Virus record (IMG/VR): IMGVR_UViG_3300031951_000022
Span: 64,001 to 128,000 of that record
From: a virus
Length of the DNA: 64,000 bases
Reading direction: 5' to 3' (one strand)
Below are positions 6,713-17,078 of this stretch, piece by piece. Numbering within the stretch: the first letter of the stretch is position 1; every line of letters starts with the position of its first letter. Both the position numbers and the translations under genes were made by a program. The notes below the pieces were generated by a model. That model made no database searches and had not been told where the DNA came from. It was given only the letters and a program-made list of their open reading frames with translations.

Positions 6713-7184
6713 CTTCACAATCATAGTTGACACAAGAGAACAACTTCCTTGGGAATTTGGTTTTCATGTAACCAGCAAAAAGAAGCTGGATACTGGAGAT
6801 TATAGTATGGAAGGATTCGAAAGTCTTTTTACAATAGAGCGTAAGCGCAGCGTTAGTGAGATAGCAAATAATATTACAGAAAGTCGATTCAAAGATGTTC
6901 TGGATCGTATGAGCAAAATCCCTCACAGTTTTATGTTGATGGAATTTGGTATAGATGAAATTTATAATTTCCCGGTCGGCAGCGACATCCCCAAGAAAAT
7001 GTGGGATAAGCTAAGAATTAGTGGTAATTATATTATGAAATATTTAGTAGAGGCCCAACTTAATCATAATATTCACATACTTTTTTGCGGAGATGCAGAA
7101 ACAGCAGAGCGTACAGCAGTAGGTATTATGAAAAGAATTTACGAGAAATATGGAAAACAAACAGAAAACAATAACAACGTTTGA
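6696..7184 (+). CDS. ERCC4/XPF-family nuclease (possible resolvase)
   Basis: IIVDTREQ...LDTGDYS...IERK signature. Confidence 0.88.
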   Translation: MPKQDNFTIIVDTREQLPWEFGFHVTSKKKLDTGDYSMEGFESLFTIERKRSVSEIANNITESRFKDVLDRMSKIPHSFMLMEFGIDEIYNFPVGSDIPKKMWDKLRISGNYIMKYLVEAQLNHNIHILFCGDAETAERTAVGIMKRIYEKYGKQTENNNNV

Positions 7185-9183
7185 TGATGCTTGGCTAGGT
7201 CTAGGTGATCTTAGTCAAATAGTTATCGACCACAACCCTATGATTGGTCGAAACAAGGAAGATATAGAAAATCCAGACCTACATCTATTGAGACTGTTGA
7301 GAGATCCCAAATACTTCGGATCTACTGCTAAACTATTATTCAATATAGAACTTCACCCTATACAGATAGCTATCTTGCAAGAATTTTGGCTAAGACCATT
7401 TCCTATGTTCATTGCATCTCGTGGTTTTGGTAAGTCGTTCTTAATGGCTATGTATTGTACATTAAAATGTATTTTGGTACCCGGAACAAAGATTGTTGTA
7501 GTAGGTGCTGCTTTTAGACAGAGCAAAATTATTTTCGAATATATGGAAACGCTATGGAGAAATAGCCCTATCCTAAGAAGTGTTTTTAATGGTAATGATG
7601 ATGGTCCACGACGTGACGTAGATAGATGTACTATGAGGCTTGGCGAAAGTTGGACAATCGCTGTTCCTATGGGCGATGGTAGTAAAATTAGAGGCTTAAG
7701 AGCGCATATTATTATTGCTGACGAATTTGCCTCTATTTCTCCTGATATTTATGAGACGGTAGTTTCAGGTTTCGCTGCCGTATCTGCTAGTCCAATACAA
7801 AATGTTAAAGAAGAAGCTAAAAAGAAAGCGATGACAGCAGTAGGATTATGGAATGATGAATTAGAAGCAGTGCAAATTAAAAAGGGTAACCAAGCTATCA
7901 TAGCCGGTACTGCTGACTATAGTTTTAAGCATTTTGCTACTTATTGGAAAAGATATCAAGCTATCATTAATAGTCAAGGAGATAAGCAAAAGCTGGAAGA
8001 AATTTTTAAGGGAGAAGTACCAGATAGTTTTAACTGGAAAGACTATAGTATAGTACGCATACCATATGAAATTATTCCTAAAGGCTTCATGGATGACAAA
8101 CAAGTTAGTCGTGCCAAAGCTACTATTCATACCGGCATATATAATATGGAATATGCGGCGTGTTTTACAGAAGACAGTGACGGTTTTTTCCGTCGATCAC
8201 TAATAGAAAGTTGTGTGGTACATGAAAGCAAACCAATTGTGGTTAATGGTACTCCTGTTTTGTTTGATGTTAGTACCAAAGGAAACCCAGACCTTCAATA
8301 CATTTATGGCATTGACCCAGCTTCTGAAAAGGACAATTTTAGTATCGTAATATTAGAGGTTCATAAAGATCATAGTCGGCTAGTATATTGTTGGACCACT
8401 AATCGTAATAATTTTAAAGATCGTCAAAAAACTGGATTAATTAACGAATATGATTTTTACGGTTTCTGCGCTCGTAAGATACGCAACCTAATGAAAGTAT
8501 TCCCTTGTGCTCGTATTGGATTAGATGCTCAGGGTGGTGGTGTGGCAATTGAAGAAGCATTACACGATCCAGGCAAACTAGAAGATGGTGAATCCTTAAT
8601 ATGGCCGGTTATAGACATTAATAAACCCAAAGAAACCGATGATCAGCAAGGATTACATATATTGGAATTAGTACAGTTTGCAAGGGCTGATTGGACGGCA
8701 CAAGCTAATCACGGATTAAGAAAAGACCTAGAAGATAAAGTATTACTTTTTCCAAGATTTGATCAAGTCAGTTTGGCTCTTGCTTTAGACAAAGAAGGTA
8801 AAGATATTATGTCTGCGGATCTTATGAATCTTTACGACAGTGAAAGCGAATGTATTTTAGAGATTGAAGAGCTAAAGAATGAATTGACCACTATTGTTAT
8901 GACACAAACTAGTACTGGACCTAACGCTAGAGATAGGTGGGATACCCCAGAAGTTAAGCTGCCTAATGGAAAAAAGGGAAAACTAAGAAAAGATAGATAT
9001 AGCGCATTAATAATCGCTAATATGTTAGCTAGACAATTAAGTAGAACTTTAGAGCCAACTACTTTTGAGGTTATTGGTAATAATCTAGATATAGTAGAAA
9101 AGAAAGAAGGCCAAATGTATAAGGGGCCAAACTGGTTTATTGATGGAGCAAATGCTAACATATATGGTGGAATTTATAGATAA
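7150..9183 (+). CDS. terL: Terminase large subunit
   Basis: Walker A ASRGFGKS, Walker B IIIADEF, nuclease motif YGIDPAS and C-terminal KDRYSAL; upstream of the portal. Confidence 0.93.
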   Translation: MENKQKTITTFDDAWLGLGDLSQIVIDHNPMIGRNKEDIENPDLHLLRLLRDPKYFGSTAKLLFNIELHPIQIAILQEFWLRPFPMFIASRGFGKSFLMAMYCTLKCILVPGTKIVVVGAAFRQSKIIFEYMETLWRNSPILRSVFNGNDDGPRRDVDRCTMRLGESWTIAVPMGDGSKIRGLRAHIIIADEFASISPDIYETVVSGFAAVSASPIQNVKEEAKKKAMTAVGLWNDELEAVQIKKGNQAIIAGTADYSFKHFATYWKRYQAIINSQGDKQKLEEIFKGEVPDSFNWKDYSIVRIPYEIIPKGFMDDKQVSRAKATIHTGIYNMEYAACFTEDSDGFFRRSLIESCVVHESKPIVVNGTPVLFDVSTKGNPDLQYIYGIDPASEKDNFSIVILEVHKDHSRLVYCWTTNRNNFKDRQKTGLINEYDFYGFCARKIRNLMKVFPCARIGLDAQGGGVAIEEALHDPGKLEDGESLIWPVIDINKPKETDDQQGLHILELVQFARADWTAQANHGLRKDLEDKVLLFPRFDQVSLALALDKEGKDIMSADLMNLYDSESECILEIEELKNELTTIVMTQTSTGPNARDRWDTPEVKLPNGKKGKLRKDRYSALIIANMLARQLSRTLEPTTFEVIGNNLDIVEKKEGQMYKGPNWFIDGANANIYGGIYR

Positions 9184-9185
9184 TT

Positions 9186-9200
9186 AGTGTAATATATAAT
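9186..9200 (+). promoter_or_regulatory. Putative late promoter motif RGTGTA + AT-rich tract
   Basis: AGTGTAATATATAAT upstream of the portal. The motif recurs at 11397, 12245, 14488, 21426 and 24118. Confidence 0.55.
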
Positions 9201-9231
9201 ACCTATTACAATACCCATTATAATACCTATT

Positions 9232-11415
9232 ATGCCAAGAAAAAAATATCCTAAAAGCGACAATATTCCAACAGCTCCTAATGTTATGCCTGAAAATGCA
9301 TATGTAACATGGGATGATAATGATTTGGCCAGTAAACAAAAAGCTTTAGATGAATCCAGCAAGGGTTTAGAAGAATACGGCTTATTCACCAATAAGACTA
9401 CTGCTGCTACTAGTCGTTTTAGAAACTTTATGAATCTAGACGGTCAGGTTTCTGGTCGCCCAGGATTAACAAAAAACGATTATGATTATTTCCGTCCAGA
9501 TGAAGCCATACCCACAGAAATCAAAGCCATCTTTGCAATGGCAGATCAAATCTATAATCGTGTAGGCTTAGTAAAAAATGTTATTGATCTTATGGGCGAC
9601 TTTGCTAGTCAAGGTATTAGGCTTGTTCATCCCAATAAGCGTATAGAAAGATTTTATCGTAATTGGTTTGAGAAAGTTAAGGGAGAAGAAAGAAGCGAAA
9701 GATTTTTAAATAATTTATACAGAGTAGGTAATGTTGTTATTCATAAGCAAACAGCTAAGATCAGTGTCAAAGTAGCCGATGAAATGTATAAAGCCAAAGC
9801 TTCTTCTGATCTTATCGTTAGTTCTGATGATACTAAAGTAGAAAAAAGAGAAATTCCTTGGAAATATACTTTTATAGATCCTCGTGCGGTGGACATAGTA
9901 GGAGCTTCTTTATCTTCTTTTGTCGGGGATAAAAAATATACAATCACTATTCCTGCTAGTCTCAGAAAAATTATTAATGCTCCTCGTAATGATGCTGAAA
10001 AAGAAATAATAAATCAACTACCTTTAGCTATTATCGAAGCAGCACAAAGCAAGAAGGGCTATAATTTAGACCCAGAAAAAACATTAGTATTTCACTACAA
10101 GAAAGACGATTGGAAAACATGGGCCTTCCCCATGATCTATAGTATTATGGATGATATTTCTATTGTAGAAAAACTAAAACTAGCAGACTTAGCAGCTCTT
10201 GATGGCGCCATTAGCAATATTAGAATTTTTAAACTAGGAAGCCTAGAACATAAGATTGCTCCAACACAAGCCGCCGCTAGTAAGCTTAGTCAAATACTAC
10301 AGGGAAATGTTGGTGGTGGTACAATGGATCTTGTGTGGGGTCCAGATATTGAGCTAATTGAAAGTAAAACATCTGTACATCAGTTCTTAGGCGAAGGCAA
10401 ATATACTCCGCACTTAAATGCTATTTATGCGGGATTAGGTATTCCACCTACTCTCACCGGCACTTTCGGTGCTGCTGGTACCACAAATAACTTTATTAGT
10501 TTAAAGACATTAACTCAAAGACTTCAGTATGGTAGAAAAGTATTGATGTCTTTTTGGAAGCATGAAATTGAACTAGTACAAAAGGCTATGGGTTTTAGGT
10601 TTCCAGCAAAGATAGAGTTTGACAGAATGGATCTTAGTAATGAAGATGCCGAAAAGGCGTTATTAGTACAACTAGCTGATCGTAATCTTGTTAGCGATGA
10701 AATGCTACAAAGAGTCTTTGGTTTTGATCCAGATACAGAAAAGAGTAGACTTAACAGAGAATATAAGGCTAGAACTAATGAAACAATGGTCCCTAAAGCT
10801 GGTCCTTGGCATAATCCTCAGCTTGAAGATAATCTTAAAAAGATTGCTTTACAAACTGGCATAGTAACACCAAGTCAGGTTGGATTAGAACTTGATAGAA
10901 AAAAACCCAGCGAACAAAGCGCTATGGATATGAAGTCTCCTTCATCTTCTGGTCCTCAAGCGCCTACTAGTCCGTCCGGACAACCACAACAAGGCCGACC
11001 CAAAAACAGCAACGATACAAAAAAAAGAAAGACCAAACAGTTCAGCCCACAAACAGGCGCGTCTTTACATCTATGGGCCATAGAAGCTCAAGACAAAATT
11101 GCGGAACTTATGAATCCTCATCTTCTAGCTTTTTATGACAAAAAAAATATGAGGAGCTTATCTAACGCAGAATATGAAGAAGCAGAAGCAACAAAAACGA
11201 AAATCTTCTTGTCACTGTCTCCGATGGAAACAATTACCGAAGAATTAGTTTTGTCAAAACTCAATACTATTAATAGTATTGATATTAATGCGAAAAATAA
11301 AAACTATAATAAACTATTAAAAGGCATAAGTAACGAAATTAATAGAGAACCAACAACCGAAGAACTTAAGTATACCAAAGCGTATTTTTATCAAACGGTG
11401 TATTCTGAGCAATAG
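9232..11415 (+). CDS. Portal protein
   Basis: 727 aa between terL and the head protease; contains VKNVIDLMGDF, GLGIPPTL and a GRP-containing C-terminal tail. Confidence 0.82.
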   Translation: MPRKKYPKSDNIPTAPNVMPENAYVTWDDNDLASKQKALDESSKGLEEYGLFTNKTTAATSRFRNFMNLDGQVSGRPGLTKNDYDYFRPDEAIPTEIKAIFAMADQIYNRVGLVKNVIDLMGDFASQGIRLVHPNKRIERFYRNWFEKVKGEERSERFLNNLYRVGNVVIHKQTAKISVKVADEMYKAKASSDLIVSSDDTKVEKREIPWKYTFIDPRAVDIVGASLSSFVGDKKYTITIPASLRKIINAPRNDAEKEIINQLPLAIIEAAQSKKGYNLDPEKTLVFHYKKDDWKTWAFPMIYSIMDDISIVEKLKLADLAALDGAISNIRIFKLGSLEHKIAPTQAAASKLSQILQGNVGGGTMDLVWGPDIELIESKTSVHQFLGEGKYTPHLNAIYAGLGIPPTLTGTFGAAGTTNNFISLKTLTQRLQYGRKVLMSFWKHEIELVQKAMGFRFPAKIEFDRMDLSNEDAEKALLVQLADRNLVSDEMLQRVFGFDPDTEKSRLNREYKARTNETMVPKAGPWHNPQLEDNLKKIALQTGIVTPSQVGLELDRKKPSEQSAMDMKSPSSSGPQAPTSPSGQPQQGRPKNSNDTKKRKTKQFSPQTGASLHLWAIEAQDKIAELMNPHLLAFYDKKNMRSLSNAEYEEAEATKTKIFLSLSPMETITEELVLSKLNTINSIDINAKNKNYNKLLKGISNEINREPTTEELKYTKAYFYQTVYSEQ

Positions 11416-11437
11416 ACCACAATAATTGAGGTAAATA

Positions 11438-12919
11438 ATGCATATTTTTAAAGATGAACAAGAAGCAGGACTATCAGAAGCCTTATCTGCAAAATCCTCT
11501 ATTGTATATGCTTCGCTGGCCGAAAAAGTAGAGCCTGCCGAAATCGCACATAAAAAACTTAAATCTGACAAGGCTTTAGCTGGAATAGAAGATACAGACC
11601 TATACTATACACAGTCCATTTTGGTAACAACATCATGGAATAAAAATGACGATATTTTTGATGCTAAAGAGGTTTGGCTGGCTAGAGAAACCCCAACCCA
11701 CAAACCCACCAATCTTGAACATAACGAAAGCATTATAGTAGGCCATATAACTTCTAATTGGCCAATAGACGATGAAGGAAACCCAATTGAAACTAACACT
11801 GCAACACAAGATTTACCAGAAAAATTTCATATTTTAACAGGCTCGGTTATCTATAAGGGATTTACGGATCCTGAACTCCACGAAAGAGCCACACAACTTA
11901 TCGAAGAAATTGAAGCTGGCGAAAAATATGTTAGTATGGAATGTTTTTTTAAGGGATTTGATTATGGACTCTTAAATAAAAGCACTGGTAAGTATCATAT
12001 TTTAGCAAGAAATGAAGATACAGCATTTTTAACAAAACACTTAAGAGCTTATGGTGGAATAGGAGAACATGAAAATTATAAGGTTGGTAGAGTATTAAGA
12101 GAAATAACATTTTCTGGCAAGGGGTTTGTTAATAGGCCAGCCAATCCAGAAAGCATTATATTTACTAAAGACAATCTTAAATTATCAAAAGAGATAGCAT
12201 CCACAAAAAAAATAAACGAAAAAAATGACGATTCTTCGCAAGAAGGTGTATTTTCAAATCAAGCCAATTTAAAGGAGACAATTATGAGTGTTGAATCTGA
12301 AATAACTCAAGCAGAAGAAGTAACCACTGTCACCGAAACAGAGGTTGTTGATACTGTTGAGTCTACAGAAGTTGTGGCCACAGACACTGTCATTGACACA
12401 GAGACAGTTGAAAAAGAAGAAGCTGCCAAGAAAATGGTAGAAGAAATGACCAAAAAAGAAGAAGAAATGAAAAAGATGAAGGCCGCACTAGAAGCCGCTC
12501 AAGCAGAATTAGAAGTCGCCAATGAAGCTTTAGCAGCCTATAAAAATAAAGAAGCAGAAATGCTCAAGAAAGAAAAGAAGGCCAAAAGAATGGCTGCTCT
12601 TATGAACAGTGGCGTTAGCGAAGAACTAGCTAGTGCAACAGTTGATAAGTTCGAATCTTTAGAAGATGAAGCTTTTGACAGTATCGCATCTTTAGTAGCG
12701 GCTAGTAAAACAGCAACTACAACAGAAGAAACAACTAAGGCCGAAGAAACAGAAGTCAAGACTGACGATGTTTCGCTTGCTTTAGAAAACGTTGAAGTAG
12801 AGCAGGTTCCAGACCTTGCTGTTGGCGGCGAGACAGAATCAGAAGCTCAAAGTACTAGAGCAGCATTAGTTGACTTTGTTTGTATTAGACTAGGTAAAAA
12901 ACTTAATAAGGGAGAGTAA
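11438..12919 (+). CDS. Prohead protease-scaffold fusion
   Basis: N-domain NKNDD.F...KPTNLEH...IVGHI...VSMEC...FSGKG.V..PA; acidic coiled-coil C-domain. Confidence 0.8.
   Translation: MHIFKDEQEAGLSEALSAKSSIVYASLAEKVEPAEIAHKKLKSDKALAGIEDTDLYYTQSILVTTSWNKNDDIFDAKEVWLARETPTHKPTNLEHNESIIVGHITSNWPIDDEGNPIETNTATQDLPEKFHILTGSVIYKGFTDPELHERATQLIEEIEAGEKYVSMECFFKGFDYGLLNKSTGKYHILARNEDTAFLTKHLRAYGGIGEHENYKVGRVLREITFSGKGFVNRPANPESIIFTKDNLKLSKEIASTKKINEKNDDSSQEGVFSNQANLKETIMSVESEITQAEEVTTVTETEVVDTVESTEVVATDTVIDTETVEKEEAAKKMVEEMTKKEEEMKKMKAALEAAQAELEVANEALAAYKNKEAEMLKKEKKAKRMAALMNSGVSEELASATVDKFESLEDEAFDSIASLVAASKTATTTEETTKAEETEVKTDDVSLALENVEVEQVPDLAVGGETESEAQSTRAALVDFVCIRLGKKLNKGE
12284..12919 (+). CDS. 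Nested in-frame scaffolding protein (211 aa)
   Basis: Internal GGTGTA motif (12245), AAGGAG RBS and in-frame ATG (codon 283). Confidence 0.6.
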   Translation: MSVESEITQAEEVTTVTETEVVDTVESTEVVATDTVIDTETVEKEEAAKKMVEEMTKKEEEMKKMKAALEAAQAELEVANEALAAYKNKEAEMLKKEKKAKRMAALMNSGVSEELASATVDKFESLEDEAFDSIASLVAASKTATTTEETTKAEETEVKTDDVSLALENVEVEQVPDLAVGGETESEAQSTRAALVDFVCIRLGKKLNKGE

Positions 12920-12921
12920 AC

Positions 12922-13398
12922 ATGGCTTTAAAATCAGATCGCGTTGAAGCTTACACAGATATTTCATTTTTCTGCAACGACTCGTCAGCAGAGCGTGGCG
13001 TTATCGCCGTACACAGTACAGGTGGTAGCGGCGTGGCTATGGACGATTCACTTGCCGTAGTAACAACAGTAGTTGCAGCACCATCTGGCACAAGACCAGC
13101 CGGTTTGCTACTCAATGATGTTGTAAGTCTTGATCTTACAAGACAACACATCAACTGGCATCGTGATGAAGTTCAAACAGGTAGTAAAGTAACACTATTA
13201 CGTCAGGGTCAAGTAACAACAAACATGGTTGTTTCTGGCGTAACACCAACAGTGGGCCAAGATGCTTACTATGGTGTTAACGGTAAACTAACCAACGTTA
13301 GCACAGTAGGTGCAGCATCTGCTGGCGTTAAGGTAGGTCGTTTCCTAAGTGTGAAAGATGCTGACGGTTACGTAAAAGTAGACATTAATATAACTTGA
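12922..13398 (+). CDS. Capsid decoration/cement protein
   Basis: 158 aa, Gly/Val-rich, directly before the major capsid gene; GGGAG RBS. Confidence 0.7.
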   Translation: MALKSDRVEAYTDISFFCNDSSAERGVIAVHSTGGSGVAMDDSLAVVTTVVAAPSGTRPAGLLLNDVVSLDLTRQHINWHRDEVQTGSKVTLLRQGQVTTNMVVSGVTPTVGQDAYYGVNGKLTNVSTVGAASAGVKVGRFLSVKDADGYVKVDINIT

Positions 13399-13412
13399 TA
13401 AGGGAGAAAAAC

Positions 13413-14429
13413 ATGGCTAATAGAAAATTTGAAGCAACACCAGAACTCACAAATTTACTTGTAAAGTCTGGTTCATTACATAAAGAAGAGGCTCTTGCCG
13501 CAAACCACGAGTTTGCCAAGGCCCTAGAACTACCCCTTCGTCAGGGTGTTCTAAGTGGTAATATTCTAGATGACATTTTCGAGCCAATTCAACTTGCTCA
13601 AAGTGCCACTCCAGAATTTCCACTAGACTTCCTTGCTCCTGGTTCGGAGAAGGATTTCGTGGCTTATACCATCCCAAATCATGGTTATATTCCACAAAAG
13701 CACGTTGAAGGCGATTATGTCATGGTTCCAACCTATGATATTGGCGCCAGCATCGACTATCTTCTAAAGTATGCCCGTGACGCCCGCTGGGACGTTGTTG
13801 GTCGTGCTATGGAAGTTCTCGAAGCACAGTTTGTCAAGAAGATGAACGATGATGGTTGGCATACTCTTCTTGCTGCTGGTGTAGACCGTAACATCGTGGT
13901 ATATGATACCGACGCTAACGACGGCCTATTCAGCAAGAGACTAGTAAGTCTTATGAAGACTGTGATGCGCAGAAACGGTGGTGGTAACTCAGCTAGTAAC
14001 AATCGTGGTATGTTAACAGACCTCTATGTTTCTCCAGAGGCTATGGAAGACATCCGCAATTGGGGTCTAGATCAGATCGACGAAGTTACTCGTCGTGAAA
14101 TCTACACTGCTGCTGATGGCACTCTCAACCGTGTTTTCGGTATCAATCTCCATGATCGTGATGAGCTTGGTGAAGGTCAGCAATATCAACTCTTCTACGA
14201 AAACGTTCTCGGTGGAACTCTCCCCGGCGACGAAACTTTCCAGAAGACTGAGCTTGTTGTTGGTCTTGATCTTCGCAAGAGAGATAGCTTTATTATGCCA
14301 GTTCGTCAAGAAGTTCAAATCTTCGAAGATGATACTCTTCACCGTCAGAAGAGAGCCGGTTTCTACGGCTGGGCAGAGCAAGGCTTTGCTGTTCTTGACA
14401 ATCGTAGAGTGCTCCTCGGCGCCCTATAA
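13413..14429 (+). CDS. Major capsid protein (HK97-like fold expected)
   Basis: 338 aa from the ATG behind AGGGAG. Codon usage suggests high expression; followed by a terminator. Confidence 0.85.
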   Translation: MANRKFEATPELTNLLVKSGSLHKEEALAANHEFAKALELPLRQGVLSGNILDDIFEPIQLAQSATPEFPLDFLAPGSEKDFVAYTIPNHGYIPQKHVEGDYVMVPTYDIGASIDYLLKYARDARWDVVGRAMEVLEAQFVKKMNDDGWHTLLAAGVDRNIVVYDTDANDGLFSKRLVSLMKTVMRRNGGGNSASNNRGMLTDLYVSPEAMEDIRNWGLDQIDEVTRREIYTAADGTLNRVFGINLHDRDELGEGQQYQLFYENVLGGTLPGDETFQKTELVVGLDLRKRDSFIMPVRQEVQIFEDDTLHRQKRAGFYGWAEQGFAVLDNRRVLLGAL

Positions 14430-14455
14430 TTGCTCATATCAAACCTTAATAAAAG

Positions 14456-14486
14456 AAGGCTGGCCGAAAGGCTGGCCTTTTTTTTT
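14456..14486 (+). terminator. Intrinsic terminator after the major capsid gene
   Basis: AAGGCTGGCC-GAAA-GGCTGGCCTT followed by a T-run. Confidence 0.9.
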
Positions 14487-14487
14487 A

Positions 14488-14500
14488 GGTGTATATTATA
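14488..14500 (+). promoter_or_regulatory. Putative late promoter
   Basis: GGTGTATATTATA immediately after the terminator. Confidence 0.6.
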
Positions 14501-14535
14501 AGGTAACATCAATTAAAAAATACTGAGGAGTATAC

Positions 14536-14940
14536 ATGGCAGCCTCAAGATACGATTTTTCTATCGAACAAGGGTCTTCTTTTGCCTTATCTATTGTTTA
14601 TAAGGACGGGAATGGTAATATTATAGATTTGACAGGATATTGTGCTAGACTAATGTGGAAAACTAATAATGGAACAATTAAAGTATTTAGTTCTTTAGAT
14701 ACTAACTATAGCGAATATTGGTTGAATATAGATGCAGTTCTTGGGAAAATAGTTTTCATGCTTCCCTCTGATATTACTAATTCTCTTGGTTTTAAAATGG
14801 CTAAATATGATTTAGAGCTACAAAGTGGCACCGACCTATATGTTGGGGGTGGTAAACAAACAGATAGAATTCTATATGGTTTAATATCGGTAGTTGAAAG
14901 ATTTAGTCAATCACCATCACAACTAGACTGTGCTTCATGA
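14536..14940 (+). CDS. Virion structural protein (BppU-N-like fibre adaptor)
   Basis: YDFSIEQGSSF...DLTGY.AR...KYDLEL pattern. Confidence 0.6.
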   Translation: MAASRYDFSIEQGSSFALSIVYKDGNGNIIDLTGYCARLMWKTNNGTIKVFSSLDTNYSEYWLNIDAVLGKIVFMLPSDITNSLGFKMAKYDLELQSGTDLYVGGGKQTDRILYGLISVVERFSQSPSQLDCAS

Positions 14941-17078
14941 GTATTTTTGAAGTTCAAATACTGCAACCGTCTGGAGCCGTTTTAGAAGTAGAGACAGTAT
15001 CAGGCTCTAACACTTCTAGGCTAGAAATTCTTCAAGAGAATAATACAAAAAATATAGAGATTCTCCAAGAAGATGTTACAAATATAGAAATTATACAAGA
15101 GGGAATAAATAATCTAGAGATTGTTCAGGGCGTCACAGCTATTCTGCCGCCTGACTTTACTTCTTTAATAGATCAAGAAATTGTAGATTTTATTAAAGCA
15201 GGATCCGGAATAATATTATCTGCTTCATCTAGCGGACTAGAAATTTCTACTTCTATAGTTGGTGGTAGTGGTGGCGTTCAGCTTAGTCCTGAGCAAATTG
15301 ATGATCGTGTTAGTAATTTATTAAAAGCTGGTCAATATATTACTTTAACTTATAATGATGCTCAAGATCAGCTTGTTGTTGGGGTGACTGGATTACAACC
15401 TTCGGGCAATTATAGTATCAGTGGTCATGCTCATACCACATCAGACATTAGCGGTTTTACTAACGGCGTTTTAAATTCTGTTAGTGGAATTTACGCTCCT
15501 TTAAATAGTCCTAGTTTTAGTGGCGCTCCAACGGCCCCAACGGCCCCTAGTGGATCTAACTCTACTCAGATTGCCAATACGTCTTTTGTGAAGACTGAAA
15601 TAAATAGTCTAATTAATGGGGCTCCGTCGGGACTAAACACCCTTCAAGAATTAGCTTCTGCAATAAATAATGACGTTAATTTTTTTAGCACAGTGTCTAG
15701 CGGCTTAGCTCAAAAGGCCAATTTATCCGGAGCATCTTTTGCTGGTCCGGTTGCGGCACCATCCGGCAACTTTAGTATTTTACAACAGAGTGGAATTGCT
15801 GTTAGCGTATCCGGACATAAACACACTTATACTGATATTACTAATTTTGCAAGCGGTATCGAACAAGAAGTGAGTACATTATTAGTAGCTGGCAATTATA
15901 TTAGTATTAATTACGATAGTCTAAATGACACCTTAACCGTTAGTGCTACTGGCGTTCAGCCAAGCGGTAATTATAGCTTGGTGGGTCATACTCATACATC
16001 ATCAAATATAACGGATTTTAACAGTAGCGTTAGCGGATTATTACCCGTTAAGAATGTTATTGGTAGCGGATATATTGGAGTATCTGGTTCAAATGGTAAT
16101 TACACAGTATTTGCAACTGGATTACAGCCTAGTGGAAATTATGCTAACTCTATTCATTCTCATGCCATCGGAGACGTTACAGGACTACAAACGGCGTTAG
16201 ACAATAAAGTCCCGACAAACCATACCCACGATGATCGTTATTATACTGAGAGCGAAGTAGATAATTTATTATCCCTTAAACAATCTAGTGGTAACTATTC
16301 AATAGTTGGACACTCTCATACATCATCAGATATAACTAACTTTAATACTTCCGTTAGTGGTCTTCTTCCGGTAACAAATATTACTGGCGGAACAAATATC
16401 AGCGTTGTTCCCAGCGGAACCAATTTTACAGTTAGTGTAAGTGGACAACTTGGGTTGACGGCGGAAGAAGTAGACGACAGAGTTAGTAATCTACTAGTTG
16501 GTGGGAGTGGGATTAGTTTAAATTATGATGATAATGCAAATACTTTAACCATTAATAATACTAGTATTAGTCCAGACGAAATAGAAGAATATGCGACCAC
16601 AAGTAATTTCCCAGCGAGTGGCAATGCCAACATTCTTTACGTAGCTACTAATACGGGTCAATTATTTAAGTGGGATGGTTCTGTCTACTATGAGGCTGGA
16701 CCACAAGGAGCAAGCACAGGAACACACGGAACACAACACGACAGCGACGGAATTGACCCTATTCCTCTTACAGAATATAATGTTCCTCAGTTTACAGCTA
16801 ATACAAACAATTTAAATCACTTAAATAAAGATATACTATATATTACTGCTGATGCTAATAATAGGGAATTAACGGGCCTTTTAGCTCCAACTTTTTGTTG
16901 TGTAAAATTATTAGTAAATATTAGTAGTACAAATACTATAATTATAGATAATCAGTCCACTAATTCTGATCCGGCGAATAGATTTTTAATTTATACTGGA
17001 GCAGACTATTATTTATTGCCGGGACAGAGTTTGTCGGTATTATATAGTACAGAAGCTATGAGATGGAGAGTGTTGTGA
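14937..17078 (+). CDS. Fibre protein with QPSGNY..GHxH repeats
   Basis: Four QPSGNY(S)..(G)HxH-like repeats, repeated E.IDDRVSNLL..G...LxYxD units and an SP.FSG.PTAPT fibre motif. Confidence 0.75.
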   Translation: MSIFEVQILQPSGAVLEVETVSGSNTSRLEILQENNTKNIEILQEDVTNIEIIQEGINNLEIVQGVTAILPPDFTSLIDQEIVDFIKAGSGIILSASSSGLEISTSIVGGSGGVQLSPEQIDDRVSNLLKAGQYITLTYNDAQDQLVVGVTGLQPSGNYSISGHAHTTSDISGFTNGVLNSVSGIYAPLNSPSFSGAPTAPTAPSGSNSTQIANTSFVKTEINSLINGAPSGLNTLQELASAINNDVNFFSTVSSGLAQKANLSGASFAGPVAAPSGNFSILQQSGIAVSVSGHKHTYTDITNFASGIEQEVSTLLVAGNYISINYDSLNDTLTVSATGVQPSGNYSLVGHTHTSSNITDFNSSVSGLLPVKNVIGSGYIGVSGSNGNYTVFATGLQPSGNYANSIHSHAIGDVTGLQTALDNKVPTNHTHDDRYYTESEVDNLLSLKQSSGNYSIVGHSHTSSDITNFNTSVSGLLPVTNITGGTNISVVPSGTNFTVSVSGQLGLTAEEVDDRVSNLLVGGSGISLNYDDNANTLTINNTSISPDEIEEYATTSNFPASGNANILYVATNTGQLFKWDGSVYYEAGPQGASTGTHGTQHDSDGIDPIPLTEYNVPQFTANTNNLNHLNKDILYITADANNRELTGLLAPTFCCVKLLVNISSTNTIIIDNQSTNSDPANRFLIYTGADYYLLPGQSLSVLYSTEAMRWRVL

